Below are positions 1 to 9,550 of a stretch of 64,000 bases of DNA, one piece after another (within the stretch, counting starts at the first letter, position 1; each line of letters starts with the position of its first letter). The position numbers were made by a program, and so were the translations under genes. The notes below the pieces were generated by a model, which made no database searches, was not told the DNA's origin, and saw only the letters and a list, made by a program, of their open reading frames with translations. Source of the stretch: Candidatus Parcubacteria bacterium (GTDB lineage: Bacteria > Patescibacteriota > Minisyncoccia > UBA6257 > 2-01-FULL-56-20). The stretch is from positions 2,945-66,944 of the forward strand of contig DAHVRZ010000001.1 in the NCBI GenBank assembly GCA_027324805.1, written 5' to 3'.

Positions 1-1451
1 CTGCGCCGTTGCCGCGACGATCACATTCTGCCCTGCCGTGCCGCTGAAAGGAACGTTCTGCATCTGGCCCGCAAGCGTGGTGCTCACGGTCTGCATTGAA
101 TTCAGTGTTATGCCCGGATCGGTGACAAGCTGGGAATACGTGAACTGCACGGAGCCGCCTGCGCCACCCGTCCCGCCCCCTACGGAGGTCGTAAGATGCA
201 TAATATACGTTCCATTCTCCGGGAGAGTGCTCGTTACCATCATTGCGCCGGCGCCGGTCCATCCCGACCACAATATCGTCGAGCCGTCCGGTTCCACGAT
301 CGACCATGCCGATCCGTTGCCGCTCCAGAATACGCCAGACTGGTTCGATGCCGCGATGCTTACGTTATTGCCCGCCGTGCCGGTAAAGGTCACATTCGAT
401 GTCTGGCCGGGAAGCACGCTGTAACTCATGGGCGTATTAAGAGTCATTGAGGTCGTCGTCGGCGTGGTTAGGGTGAATGTCGCCGCCCCGACGCCGCTCG
501 GCATAGTGACATTGAATGTGTAAGTTCCCGTCGTCGGCGTGGTCGTCGCTACCGCGTACGGGCCGTATCCCGTGATGCTCGATGCAATCGTGTGGCCGCT
601 CGGATCAACGATGCTGATGGTCGCCCCGTTGCCGCTCCAATAGACGCCGCTCTCGTACGTTCCCGCGATCGTTACGGGGACGCCCGAAGTGCCGGCGAAG
701 GTGAGATTGATCGGCGTGCCGTTCGTACTCGAAACATTGATCGGTGTGCTGTACTGGATGCCGTACACGATAGGACCGCTCGAAGTGCCGCTCGCAACGT
801 TCGCGATCGATGCGCAGGACGGCGTACTCGATACGATATCGATCGGGAGCAGGTTGAGGGATGTCCCCTTCTCGTACATGTCGGCGTATTGGCCCCCGTC
901 CCCGGCGGGTTGGCTTTGGCTTCCGCCCGCGCCATACTTCTGCGATTCGAGCGCGGCGGTCAGCTCGTACTGCGTACCGTTCGTCTCATAGGTATAAAAA
1001 AGGCACGAAGATGCCGCGTCGGTGGGATCCACGGGAAGGCTCGGGAGTGGATTCCCCGAGGATATCTTCGAAAAATTGAGAGGTAACCATCCCGTGCCGT
1101 TCACGGCCGTTGCGGTGCTCGATGCCGGGCAGTGATATACCCATGGCGAAGGAAGAGCGACGAGGCTAAGCCCCTGACACTGATCCCCCGCGGTGGTGGT
1201 CGCCGTCGGGTCCGGCATGGATACATAGACGGTGTTCGCCGCGCCCAGCGAACCAAGGCCGTCCGCCTCGTATACGCTTACCGCGTTCGTAAGCGTATTA
1301 AGGTCGGACAGGCGGTTCGAATCCCTTCCCTGCTTCATAAGCTCGGAGGGATTGAGGACGAGCACCACGACGACCGCAAGGATCGCGATGATGGCGATCA
1401 CAATGAGAAGCTCAATAAGAGTAAAACCGCCGCCGCGGTGCTTGTGCTGCA
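1..1451 (-). CDS. Large type IV pilin-like protein (prepilin-type N-terminal cleavage/methylation domain); partial, C-terminus lies beyond window start
   Basis: Minus-strand reading frame open to the window edge. N-terminus MQHKHRGGG/FTLIELLIVIAIIAILAVVVVL is a class-III (prepilin peptidase) signal followed by NPSELMKQGRDSNRLSDL. Long Ser/Thr/Gly/Asn-rich body. Paralogous to the pilin at 43586..44866. Confidence 0.8.
1372..1418. repeat. About 47-nt near-identical repeat (pilin N-terminal coding segment), copy A
   Basis: GCAAGGATCGCGATGATGGCGATCACAATGAGAAGCTCAATAAGAGT. Paired with 44741..44787. Confidence 0.7.
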
Positions 1452-1502
1452 TTCCTTTAATTATAAGCGATACCTCTTTATTTTCTGATATACTGAGGGC
1501 AT

Positions 1503-3077
1503 ATGGCGAAAAAAGTCATGGTGCTCGTCGTGCTCGACGGATGGGGCATCGGCAGAAACGACGAATCGAATCCGATTTATGTGACGAAGCCGCAGACGTT
1601 CGCACATCTCGACGCGACCTACCCCGTAACGAGCCTGCAGGCTTCGGGTATTTCGGTCGGTCTGCCATGGGGCGAGGTCGGCAACAGCGAAGTGGGGCAT
1701 CTCACGCTCGGTGCCGGCAAGGTGCTCTATCAGTATTATCCGAAGATCACCATGGCGATCAGCGACGGATCGTTCTTCCAAAATAACGTACTGAAGGACG
1801 CCTGCGCCCACGCGCGCGCGACGGGCGGCGCAATCAATTTCGCCGGACTCCTTTCGAAAGGCAACGTTCATGCGTCGCTCGAGCATCTCCTTGCCCTTAT
1901 AAAAATGGCGAAGGGTGAGGGCGTGCCGCACATCAATCTCCATCTTTTCGCCGACGGCAAGGATGTTGCGCCGCACACGCTCGAGGGATATCTCCGCGAA
2001 CTGCCGAAGGAACATCTCGCCACGCTCATCGGACGCTATTATGCAATGGATCGCGAGGGTAACTGGTCGCTCACGGAGACCGCATACCAGCTCATGACCG
2101 GCATGGGCGGCATCGGCAAGCCTGCGGAGAACGCCGATGCGACGGCGATCATCGAGGAGAGCTGTAAGGGAGGGCAGACCGAAGAATATCTTCCGGCGAT
2201 ACGCTTCGTGGACGGCACCGGTGCCGGCGCCACGGACCACGGGCACGTAAAGGACGGCGACTCCCTCTTTTTTTTCAACTACCGCGAGGACAGCATCCAG
2301 CAGCTCGCATCCTCATTCATTCTCCCGGACTTCAATAAATTCACCGTCATGCCGTTCAGAGATCTGCACGTGGCGACGATGACGCATTACAATGACGCGT
2401 TCAACGTACCGGTCGCCTTCCCCGCCGATACCGTAGAGAACCCGCTCGGCAAAGTGCTCTCCGATGCCGGACTTACCCAACTCCGCCTTGCGGAGACGTA
2501 TAAATACGCGCACGTCACCTACTTCTTCAACGGCTACCGCGAGCCGCCCTATCCCGGAGAGTTCCGCACGCTCATTCCCTCCCTCACCGAGCTTCATCCG
2601 GAACAACATCCGGAGATGATGGCGGGTGCGATCACCGATCGGCTCATCGAGGCGATCCGCGACCGCGCGTTCGATTTCATTCTCGTGAACTATGCGAACG
2701 GCGACACCATCGCGCACACGGCCGACTATCAGGCATCGCTCGCAACGGTGAAAGTGATTGACCGCGAGATAGGACGCCTGCTCGCCGCCGTTGGCGACGA
2801 TCAGGACACGATCATCGCCATCACCTCGGACCACGGCCACATCGAATCGATGATTGACGAGGCGACCGGCCTTCCAAGAAGCCAGCATGCCCCGAATCCG
2901 GTCCCCTTCTATCTTGTCGCTCCCCAGATCAAGGGCCGGCGCTTCGTGAACGCCGATAATCTCACGCAAGAGATGCTCGGCTCTCTCGCCGACGTCGCTC
3001 CCACACTCCTCGCGCTCATGGGACGCCCCGCACCCGCCGACATGACGGGCCGCAGCATCCTGGACGGACTCATTTAG
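1503..3077 (+). CDS. gpmI: 2,3-bisphosphoglycerate-independent phosphoglycerate mutase (iPGM), copy 1
   Basis: 524 aa. VLVVLDGWGIG...GNSEVGHLTLGAGKV and the C-terminal TSDHGH metal-binding region are typical of iPGM. Extended -10 TGaTATACT lies about 8 nt upstream of the ATG. Confidence 0.92.
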   Translation: MAKKVMVLVVLDGWGIGRNDESNPIYVTKPQTFAHLDATYPVTSLQASGISVGLPWGEVGNSEVGHLTLGAGKVLYQYYPKITMAISDGSFFQNNVLKDACAHARATGGAINFAGLLSKGNVHASLEHLLALIKMAKGEGVPHINLHLFADGKDVAPHTLEGYLRELPKEHLATLIGRYYAMDREGNWSLTETAYQLMTGMGGIGKPAENADATAIIEESCKGGQTEEYLPAIRFVDGTGAGATDHGHVKDGDSLFFFNYREDSIQQLASSFILPDFNKFTVMPFRDLHVATMTHYNDAFNVPVAFPADTVENPLGKVLSDAGLTQLRLAETYKYAHVTYFFNGYREPPYPGEFRTLIPSLTELHPEQHPEMMAGAITDRLIEAIRDRAFDFILVNYANGDTIAHTADYQASLATVKVIDREIGRLLAAVGDDQDTIIAITSDHGHIESMIDEATGLPRSQHAPNPVPFYLVAPQIKGRRFVNADNLTQEMLGSLADVAPTLLALMGRPAPADMTGRSILDGLI

Positions 3078-3104
3078 AAAATCCTTGCATGGGGATCACG
3101 CCGC

Positions 3105-3140
3105 GGCGCCGACACCCTTTTGGGTGCCGGCGCTTTTTCT
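3105..3140 (+). terminator. Rho-independent terminator after gpmI copy 1
   Basis: 12-bp GC-rich stem (GGCGCCGACACCC / GGGTGCCGGCGC, one mismatch), TTTT loop, then a T-tract. Confidence 0.7.
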
Positions 3141-3166
3141 TTTCAAGGGTCTGCTATAATTGAAAT

Positions 3167-3538
3167 ATGCACTGGCTCGCACGGTTGGTCCTTATTATTT
3201 GCGGGAATGTCTTCGCGCTCTGGCTTGCGAACACCTACGTGCCCGGTTTCGTGCTCAATACCACGAACTGGATCGCGCTCGCACTCATTGCCTTCATCTT
3301 TATCGTCCTTAATTTCCTCCTGAAGCCGCTTCTTACGCTTGCGCTCGGCCCCATCATCATCATCACCCTCGGACTCGGGCTCATTGTCGTTAATATGCTC
3401 ATCCTCTGGCTCCTCCCGCTCGTGCTGAATTCAATTGACTTCCTTAGGGGAAGTATTATAATCCAAGACATTCCAGCGCTCTTCCTCGCAACCCTCATCG
3501 TGAGCGCCGTAAATTTTATCATCCACCTCGCAAACTGA
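3167..3538 (+). CDS. Small 4-TM membrane protein, phage-holin-IV-like (DUF360 / Phage_holin_4_2 family)
   Basis: 123 aa with four hydrophobic helices. LxxLxxNxxALWLAxxxVPGF pattern typical of DUF360. Extended -10 TGCTATAAT ends 6 nt before the ATG (leaderless). Stop overlaps the secG start (TGAcATG). Confidence 0.7.
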   Translation: MHWLARLVLIICGNVFALWLANTYVPGFVLNTTNWIALALIAFIFIVLNFLLKPLLTLALGPIIIITLGLGLIVVNMLILWLLPLVLNSIDFLRGSIIIQDIPALFLATLIVSAVNFIIHLAN

Positions 3539-3539
3539 C

Positions 3540-3761
3540 ATGGTCATCGCCGTCATACAGATCATCCTTGCGGTCGCTATCATCGCGCTCATCCTCCTCC
3601 AGGAGCGCTCTTCCGGCATGTCCGGACTCCTCGGCGGAGGCGGCGACGGATATTACCAAACGCGCCGCGGGATGGAAAGATTTGTATTCTATTCGACAAT
3701 CGTCCTTTCCGTCGTGTTCGTCATTCTCGCGGTGTACCAGCTGTACGCCCAAGCTCACTAA
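3540..3761 (+). CDS. secG: Preprotein translocase subunit SecG
   Basis: 73 aa, two TM helices separated by a glycine-rich loop (LLQERSSGMSGLLGGGGDG), the classic SecG architecture. Confidence 0.8.
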   Translation: MVIAVIQIILAVAIIALILLQERSSGMSGLLGGGGDGYYQTRRGMERFVFYSTIVLSVVFVILAVYQLYAQAH

Positions 3762-3764
3762 ATA

Positions 3765-5540
3765 ATGTGGTTTAAAAAACTCTTCGCTGCATTCACGGGA
3801 AGGGAGCGCATGGCGTTCATGATCGCAAGCGCCGGCGCCGTCGTCTCGCTCATCGTCGTCATGGGGATCGTTATCGCCCAGGTGACGGAATCCGTCCCTG
3901 CGGCGGGCGGGCAATATACGGAAGGTATCGTCGGCCAACCGGAGTATGTGAACCCGGTGCTCGCCTCGTCCCCCACCGATGAGGATATCGTGCGGCTCGT
4001 CTTCCAGAATCTTTACGATATAGCGGACAGCATCACAGCCTCGCCCGACATGCGGACATGGACGGTGCACATCAAAGACGGCCTCACATGGCAGGATGGG
4101 CAGAAACTGACCGCGGACGATATCGTCTTCACGGTGCAATCAATCCAGGACCCGGATGCCGGTTCCCCGCTCTATGCAAGCTGGCAGAACGTGCAGGTAA
4201 GCCGCGAAAGCGAGCTTGAGGTCCAGTTCACATTGAATGCGCCATACGCATTCTTCGGCAATAGCCTTAAAAACCTTTACATACTTCCCAAGCATCTTTT
4301 CGCCGATACGCCTCCCGGCAATTGGCACCTTTCCGACTATAACCTGAAGCCTGTCGGCAGCGGCGCATATCGCTTCGTCTCCTACAGCAAAGACTCCGAT
4401 GGCTTCATCACTTCGTATAACCTTACCGCATGGAAAGGTACGAGTGGCCCGCATCCGCTTGTCCAGAATTTCGCCTTCAGGTTCTTCAATAACGACAATG
4501 CGCTCGTTGCGGCATTCAATAATGGCCAGATTGACGGATTCGGCGACGTTTCGACCCAGGATATCGCCACGATTGATCGCCCGTATAACCTCTTCTCGTG
4601 GCGCACCTCAAGCGCCTATGCCGTGTTCTTCAATACAAGCAACAACATCGCCCTCCAGGATCCGGCGGTGCGCCAGGCGCTCTCTATTGCGATTGATCGG
4701 AACGACCTTGTTGCGCAGGTATTCAACCAAAACGCCGGAGGTGCGACATCCGCCGACCTTTCCGGTAACAGCACAGTCACAGGCACCTTCGGCGCCGTTC
4801 CTGATTATGGTCCGATCCCGCCCGGTGCCCCGTATTACGTCCCTTCCTCCAATGACGTATCCGCGGTATCGCTTTCCACCTCCACCGCCACCACTACTGC
4901 TTCCCCCACCCCCGAAACACCCTCCTCTGACGAAGCGACTGCCATGGGACTTCTCGACAACGCCGGCTGGACGGTGAGCTCGAGCACCGGCTTCCGCGCG
5001 AAAACCATTCACGGCAACACGATCCCGCTCGCCATCACCCTTACCGTTCCCGACATCCCATTCCTTACGAAAACCGCCGATTACCTCTCGAACGCGTGGC
5101 ACTCGATCGGCGTGCAGGTGAATATAACAACCGACTCGCCGAGCGATATTGCCGCAAACACGATCAAAAACCGCGACTACGAAGCGCTCCTCTTCGGCGA
5201 AACGCTTGGCCCAAGCTCCGACCTCTATTCGTTCTGGGATTCTTCCCAGCGGTTTTACCCGGGACTGAACCTCGCGATCTACGGAACTTCCCAGGTTGAT
5301 GCGAATATCGAGACAGCGCGTGCGGCGACAAGCACCGACCATACGGCGGCCGATCTCGCCGTGGCGCAACAGGATATCGAAAACGACTATCCGGCCGTGT
5401 TCCTTTATTCCCCGAACTACCTTTATGCGGCCGACAAAACACTCCAAGGCGTCACGACGAGCGACATGCTCTTCGATCCTGCAAACCGATTCCTGGATGT
5501 AGGCGGGTGGTATCTCAATACCTCGAGAGTGTTCAAGTAG
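3765..5540 (+). CDS. ABC transporter substrate-binding protein, family 5 (OppA/DppA-like), membrane-anchored
   Basis: 591 aa. N-terminal TM anchor then an SBP_bac_5-like body (family signature around PVGSGAYRFVSY). No permease genes adjacent (orphan SBP). Confidence 0.8.
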   Translation: MWFKKLFAAFTGRERMAFMIASAGAVVSLIVVMGIVIAQVTESVPAAGGQYTEGIVGQPEYVNPVLASSPTDEDIVRLVFQNLYDIADSITASPDMRTWTVHIKDGLTWQDGQKLTADDIVFTVQSIQDPDAGSPLYASWQNVQVSRESELEVQFTLNAPYAFFGNSLKNLYILPKHLFADTPPGNWHLSDYNLKPVGSGAYRFVSYSKDSDGFITSYNLTAWKGTSGPHPLVQNFAFRFFNNDNALVAAFNNGQIDGFGDVSTQDIATIDRPYNLFSWRTSSAYAVFFNTSNNIALQDPAVRQALSIAIDRNDLVAQVFNQNAGGATSADLSGNSTVTGTFGAVPDYGPIPPGAPYYVPSSNDVSAVSLSTSTATTTASPTPETPSSDEATAMGLLDNAGWTVSSSTGFRAKTIHGNTIPLAITLTVPDIPFLTKTADYLSNAWHSIGVQVNITTDSPSDIAANTIKNRDYEALLFGETLGPSSDLYSFWDSSQRFYPGLNLAIYGTSQVDANIETARAATSTDHTAADLAVAQQDIENDYPAVFLYSPNYLYAADKTLQGVTTSDMLFDPANRFLDVGGWYLNTSRVFK

Positions 5541-5634
5541 GTTGCTGGATGTTTTTCGGGGACGGTGCGCGAATGTCTTGCGTGCCTAGACGCTCGACGC
5601 CTTCGTGTCTCCATGGCTCCCCTCAAAGTATCCA

Positions 5635-6825
5635 TCAACCCACTTCGCGTCTGCTTGACTCATTTCCGATTCCCATTGCGGCGAAAACGGCGAGAGCGGA
5701 TACGGCAATGAAGAACGCGAACACGAACGCATACGACGAGTCTATCGTCCAAAGCCATCCCGCAATCGCCGATGCAGGAAGGTACACGAGGCCCGTTGCA
5801 AAATTGTAAAGTCCGATAGCGCTGCCGCGCCGTTCGCGCTCAAGATCGGCAATGAACGCTTTGCTCTGCGCTTCATCGATGCTGTAAAAGATGCCGAAGG
5901 CGATGAAAAGCACTACAACCTCCCACTTCGCGTGCGCGAACACGAACCCCGCCGACATTACGGCGTACACGGCATAGCTCAGCATGATCACGGCCCGGCG
6001 GCCGATCCGGTCCCCAAGTGCGCCCATGGGAGCTGATGCAACCACGAACGCGGCGTTGAAGAGGGCGTAGAGGAGAACGACGTCGGCTATGGAAAATCCG
6101 ACGTTATATGCCTTGAGAAGGAGAAAGCTGAAACTGAAATACGCGAGCGAGAACATGCCCGCCGGAATGAGATAACGCTTGAAGCCCGGGTCAAGCGTCC
6201 TCCACGCTTTGAAAATGTTATCTCGCTCATGCGGAATTCCGTGCCGTCCTTTTATGGCAAGAAGTACGACCACCGCGACGGCGGCAACGACCGCCGCCGC
6301 AACAAAGAGCACTTTGAATGCGTGTTCACTTTGTCCCATCCAGGAAAGGAGCGCGAACGCAAGCAGCGGCCCTGCGACCGCACCGGTCTTGTCGAGCGCT
6401 TTATGCACGCCGAACGACCAGCCGCGATTCCCCTCTGCGGCGACGTCGGCAAGCCAAGCGTCGCGCGGAGGACCCCGAAAGCTCTTGCCTAAACGTTCGA
6501 CGACCCGGAAAAGCGCAAGCAGAGAAACGGTGTCCGCGACGGTCAGGAAGAATTTCGCGAGAGCTGAAAAGCCGTACCCGATAACGGCAAGGGACTTCCG
6601 GTCGCCGGTGCTGTCCGAGAGCCATCCGGAGATATAATCGAGCGACGATGCGGAAAAATCCGCCAATCCTTCAACCACGCCAAGGAGCGCAGCGGACGCT
6701 CCCGTTATCACCGTGAAAAAGACGGAGAACACGGAGAAGATCGCCTCGGAGCTCACGTCGGTGAGCAAGCTCACCGCTCCGAGCTTCACGACGTCCGGGT
6801 GGACGCCGAACAATGGCTTTTTCAT
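5635..6825 (-). CDS. MFS transporter
   Basis: 396 aa, about 12 predicted TM helices. MFS motif-like GxLxDRxGRR (GALGDRIGRRAV). Confidence 0.8.
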   Translation of the reverse strand: MKKPLFGVHPDVVKLGAVSLLTDVSSEAIFSVFSVFFTVITGASAALLGVVEGLADFSASSLDYISGWLSDSTGDRKSLAVIGYGFSALAKFFLTVADTVSLLALFRVVERLGKSFRGPPRDAWLADVAAEGNRGWSFGVHKALDKTGAVAGPLLAFALLSWMGQSEHAFKVLFVAAAVVAAVAVVVLLAIKGRHGIPHERDNIFKAWRTLDPGFKRYLIPAGMFSLAYFSFSFLLLKAYNVGFSIADVVLLYALFNAAFVVASAPMGALGDRIGRRAVIMLSYAVYAVMSAGFVFAHAKWEVVVLFIAFGIFYSIDEAQSKAFIADLERERRGSAIGLYNFATGLVYLPASAIAGWLWTIDSSYAFVFAFFIAVSALAVFAAMGIGNESSRREVG

Positions 6826-6982
6826 GAGACTTTATTTATCCTTTATATGGTAACTCCGATGGCGATGTAGCGCATATACGGCGCAACGGCTCGTAGATTG
6901 ACTTTCTGCCGGCTCCCGTGCTATGATTGTCCCATCAGGATAGCTTCTCCTTCGTTTGATTGGTTTTTTTCGGCTTTGACGG

Positions 6983-7066
6983 GCTGGGATGGCGGAACTG
7001 GCAGACGCACTGGCTTCAGGTGCCAGCGATCGCAAGATCATAGGAGTTCGACTCTCCTTCCCAGCA
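6983..7066 (+). tRNA. tRNA-Leu (anticodon CAG), class II with long variable arm
   Basis: Acceptor stem GCTGGGA/TCCCAGC (7 bp). Anticodon stem CTGGC/GCCAG with loop TTCAGGT. Variable arm GATC-GCAA-GATC. T-arm AGGAG TTCGACT CTCCT. Discriminator A. CCA not encoded. Confidence 0.85.
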
Positions 7067-7091
7067 CAAATCCACTGTTTTTATAAAATCA

Positions 7092-7493
7092 ATGTCCGAT
7101 TGCATCTTCTGTAAGATCGCAGCGCACGAGATCCCCGCCCATATCATATGGGAAAGCGACAGGTTCGTTGCGTTCGCCGACATACGACCCGTGAATCCAG
7201 GCCATCTTTTGATAATCCCCAAAGACCACGTCGAGGTCGTGTTCGCTATGGACGATGAGCGCTACGCCGAGGCGTTCGCCGCCGCAAAGACCCTTTCTGC
7301 ACCGCTCCGGCGCGCCACGGACGCGAAGCGGATCGGGATCGCCGTCGAAGGATTCGGGGTGGACCATGCCCATATCCATCTTATTCCCCTTCACGGACCG
7401 CACGAACTGAATCCCGACAGGGCACAGGCCGCGGATCCGAAAGACCTCGCGGAAATGGTGGAGAAGATAACATCGGAAATCAATAAAAATTAA
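7092..7493 (+). CDS. HIT family protein (histidine triad nucleotide hydrolase)
   Basis: 133 aa. N-terminal CIFCKI and the histidine triad HAHIHLIP. Confidence 0.85.
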   Translation: MSDCIFCKIAAHEIPAHIIWESDRFVAFADIRPVNPGHLLIIPKDHVEVVFAMDDERYAEAFAAAKTLSAPLRRATDAKRIGIAVEGFGVDHAHIHLIPLHGPHELNPDRAQAADPKDLAEMVEKITSEINKN

Positions 7494-7509
7494 CCAAGAA
7501 TCACTATTC

Positions 7510-9522
7510 ATGACAATCAGAAAAAATGAACATCAGACCGACGGTGTGCCGAGGAACGAAGATCGCCCCCGCACCCGACCGACGCCGCCGCCGATAAGGC
7601 CGCGGCCCGCGCGCACCCCCCTGCCTCCGCGGCCTTCCAACCCGCATTCTGCGGGCGGTGGGCCGAGCGGGAATGGCCCGCGCCCCTCGAACCCGCGGAC
7701 CGCTACAGGCGGACCGCGCCGCGGCGGCCAACGCCCTCCTATGGGAGGCGGCAATCGCGGCAGCATGCCTCCGAGGCACTCGGAGTCTTCCGTCGCATCC
7801 CACCGCAACAAAATGGGACCTCATCCGATGGTCGCGCCGGACGCGCGCGCAAAGGCGGATCCCGACGCGGTGCGCCTCGTGCCGCTCGGCGGCCTCGAAG
7901 AGATCGGGCGCAACTGCTCGTTCCTCGAATATAAGAACGAGATCATCATTATTGATATGGGCCTGCAGTTCCCCGAAGAGGAAACGCCGGGCATTGATTA
8001 CATCATCCCAAACACGCAGTACCTCGAAAAACATAAAGACAAAATCCAGGGGATCATCCTCACCCACGGCCACTACGACCACATCGGCGCCCTGCCGCAC
8101 GTTCTCGCGCGGCTCGGCAATCCCCCGATCTATGCCACGTCAATCACGAACGCCATCATCGAGAAGCGCCAGGATGATTTCCCGAACGCACCCAAAATGA
8201 AAGTGCAGATCGTGAAAAGCGGCATGGAGCTCAAGCTCTCGCAGAACTTCACGGCGCTCTTCTTCGGCGTGCCGCATACGATCCCGGAGACGACGGGCGT
8301 GATGCTCAAAACCCCGATCGGCAACATTGTGCACTTCGCCGACTTCCGCCTCGACTACGACGATGAAGGCAATCCGCACGGGCTCGAAGAATTCGAGAAG
8401 CTCGGCAAGATGGGCGTCCATACCTTCATGGTGGACAGCACCGCCGCGGAACGTCCCGGACATTCGGTCTCGGAGAAGACGGTGGAGAAGAACCTTGAAG
8501 AGATCTTCCGCGCAGCGGAGGGCCGCATCGTCGTCGCCACGTTCGCGTCGCTCATCACGCGCATCGCGGAGATCATGAAGATCGCGGAAAAGCTCGGCCG
8601 CAAGGTGGCCCTCAATGGCTACTCAATGAAGACAAACATCCAGATCGCCCAGGGACTCGGCTTCGTGAAAGTGAGGCCCGACACCATGATCCCGATCGAG
8701 GAAGTGAACAAGCTTAAAGACAACAAGGTGATGATCCTTTCGACGGGCGCGCAGGGCGAATCGAATGCCGGCCTCATGAAAATCATCAACGGCGAGCATC
8801 GCCACGTGAAAATCAAGAAAGGCGACACATTTGTGCTCTCTTCATCGGTCATCCCGGGCAACGAGCGCAGCGTACAAACGGTGAAGGATAACCTCGCCCG
8901 CCAGGGCGCGATCGTCTTCCACTCGGCGCTCGTGGACATCCACTCGTCCGGACACGCACCGAAAGGCGACATCAAGCTCGTGATCGAACTTCTCAAGCCC
9001 AAGTTCCTCATGCCGGTGCACGGCTATTACTTCATGCGCTCCGCGAACGGGATCACCGCGCGCGAAGCCGGCGTCCTGCCGGACAATGTGCGCCTGATGG
9101 ATAACGGCCAAGTGGCCGAGCTCACCAAAGATTCGTTCACAATCACCAAAGAGGAAGTCCCCGCATACTACGTGATGGTGGATGGCATCGGCGTGGGCGA
9201 CGTGGAAGAGGTCGTACTCCGCGACCGGCGCACGCTCGCCGCCGAAGGCATGATCGTGATCATCCTCACGATGGACCGCGACAAGGGCCGGCTCATCAAG
9301 AACCCGGACATCATCTCGCGCGGCTTCATCTACCTCAAGGAGCATCAGGATATCCTCGACGAGATCCGCAAACGCATCCGCTCGCTCCTCCAGCGCATCC
9401 CGAACTATCGCGACGTTGAAGCGGATTACATCAAAACGCTCGTACGCGACCAGGTCGGACAGTACCTCTATACGAGGACGAAGCGCCGGCCGATGATATT
9501 GCCGGTGATCATCGAGATCTAG
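7510..9522 (+). CDS. rnj: Ribonuclease J (MBL/beta-CASP), with a 100-aa Pro/Arg/Gly-rich N-terminal low-complexity extension (start uncertain; alternative ATG near 7813)
   Basis: Conserved RNase J core begins VRLVPLGGLEEIGRNCSFLEY...ILTHGHYDHIGALP (MBL HxHxDH motif). The first about 100 codons encode PRPRTRPTPPPIRPRPARTPLPP... with third-position GC still high, consistent with coding. Confidence 0.85.
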   Translation: MTIRKNEHQTDGVPRNEDRPRTRPTPPPIRPRPARTPLPPRPSNPHSAGGGPSGNGPRPSNPRTATGGPRRGGQRPPMGGGNRGSMPPRHSESSVASHRNKMGPHPMVAPDARAKADPDAVRLVPLGGLEEIGRNCSFLEYKNEIIIIDMGLQFPEEETPGIDYIIPNTQYLEKHKDKIQGIILTHGHYDHIGALPHVLARLGNPPIYATSITNAIIEKRQDDFPNAPKMKVQIVKSGMELKLSQNFTALFFGVPHTIPETTGVMLKTPIGNIVHFADFRLDYDDEGNPHGLEEFEKLGKMGVHTFMVDSTAAERPGHSVSEKTVEKNLEEIFRAAEGRIVVATFASLITRIAEIMKIAEKLGRKVALNGYSMKTNIQIAQGLGFVKVRPDTMIPIEEVNKLKDNKVMILSTGAQGESNAGLMKIINGEHRHVKIKKGDTFVLSSSVIPGNERSVQTVKDNLARQGAIVFHSALVDIHSSGHAPKGDIKLVIELLKPKFLMPVHGYYFMRSANGITAREAGVLPDNVRLMDNGQVAELTKDSFTITKEEVPAYYVMVDGIGVGDVEEVVLRDRRTLAAEGMIVIILTMDRDKGRLIKNPDIISRGFIYLKEHQDILDEIRKRIRSLLQRIPNYRDVEADYIKTLVRDQVGQYLYTRTKRRPMILPVIIEI

Positions 9523-9523
9523 C

Positions 9524-9550
9524 AAAAACCGCCCCTACGGGGCGGTTTTT
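9524..9550. terminator. Bidirectional rho-independent terminator between convergent rnj and histidine phosphatase genes
   Basis: AAAAACCGCCCC-TAC-GGGGCGGTTTTT: perfect 7-bp GC stem flanked by an A-tract and a T-tract. Confidence 0.85.

Noticed and set aside
1461-2246. 261-aa minus-strand ORF
   Set aside because: Antisense to gpmI (copy 1), whose product has unmistakable iPGM motifs. Shadow ORF.
8842-9525. 227-aa minus-strand ORF (and 7504..8100, 8619..9011)
   Set aside because: Antisense to the RNase J gene. Low-complexity Arg/Asp/His-rich translation.
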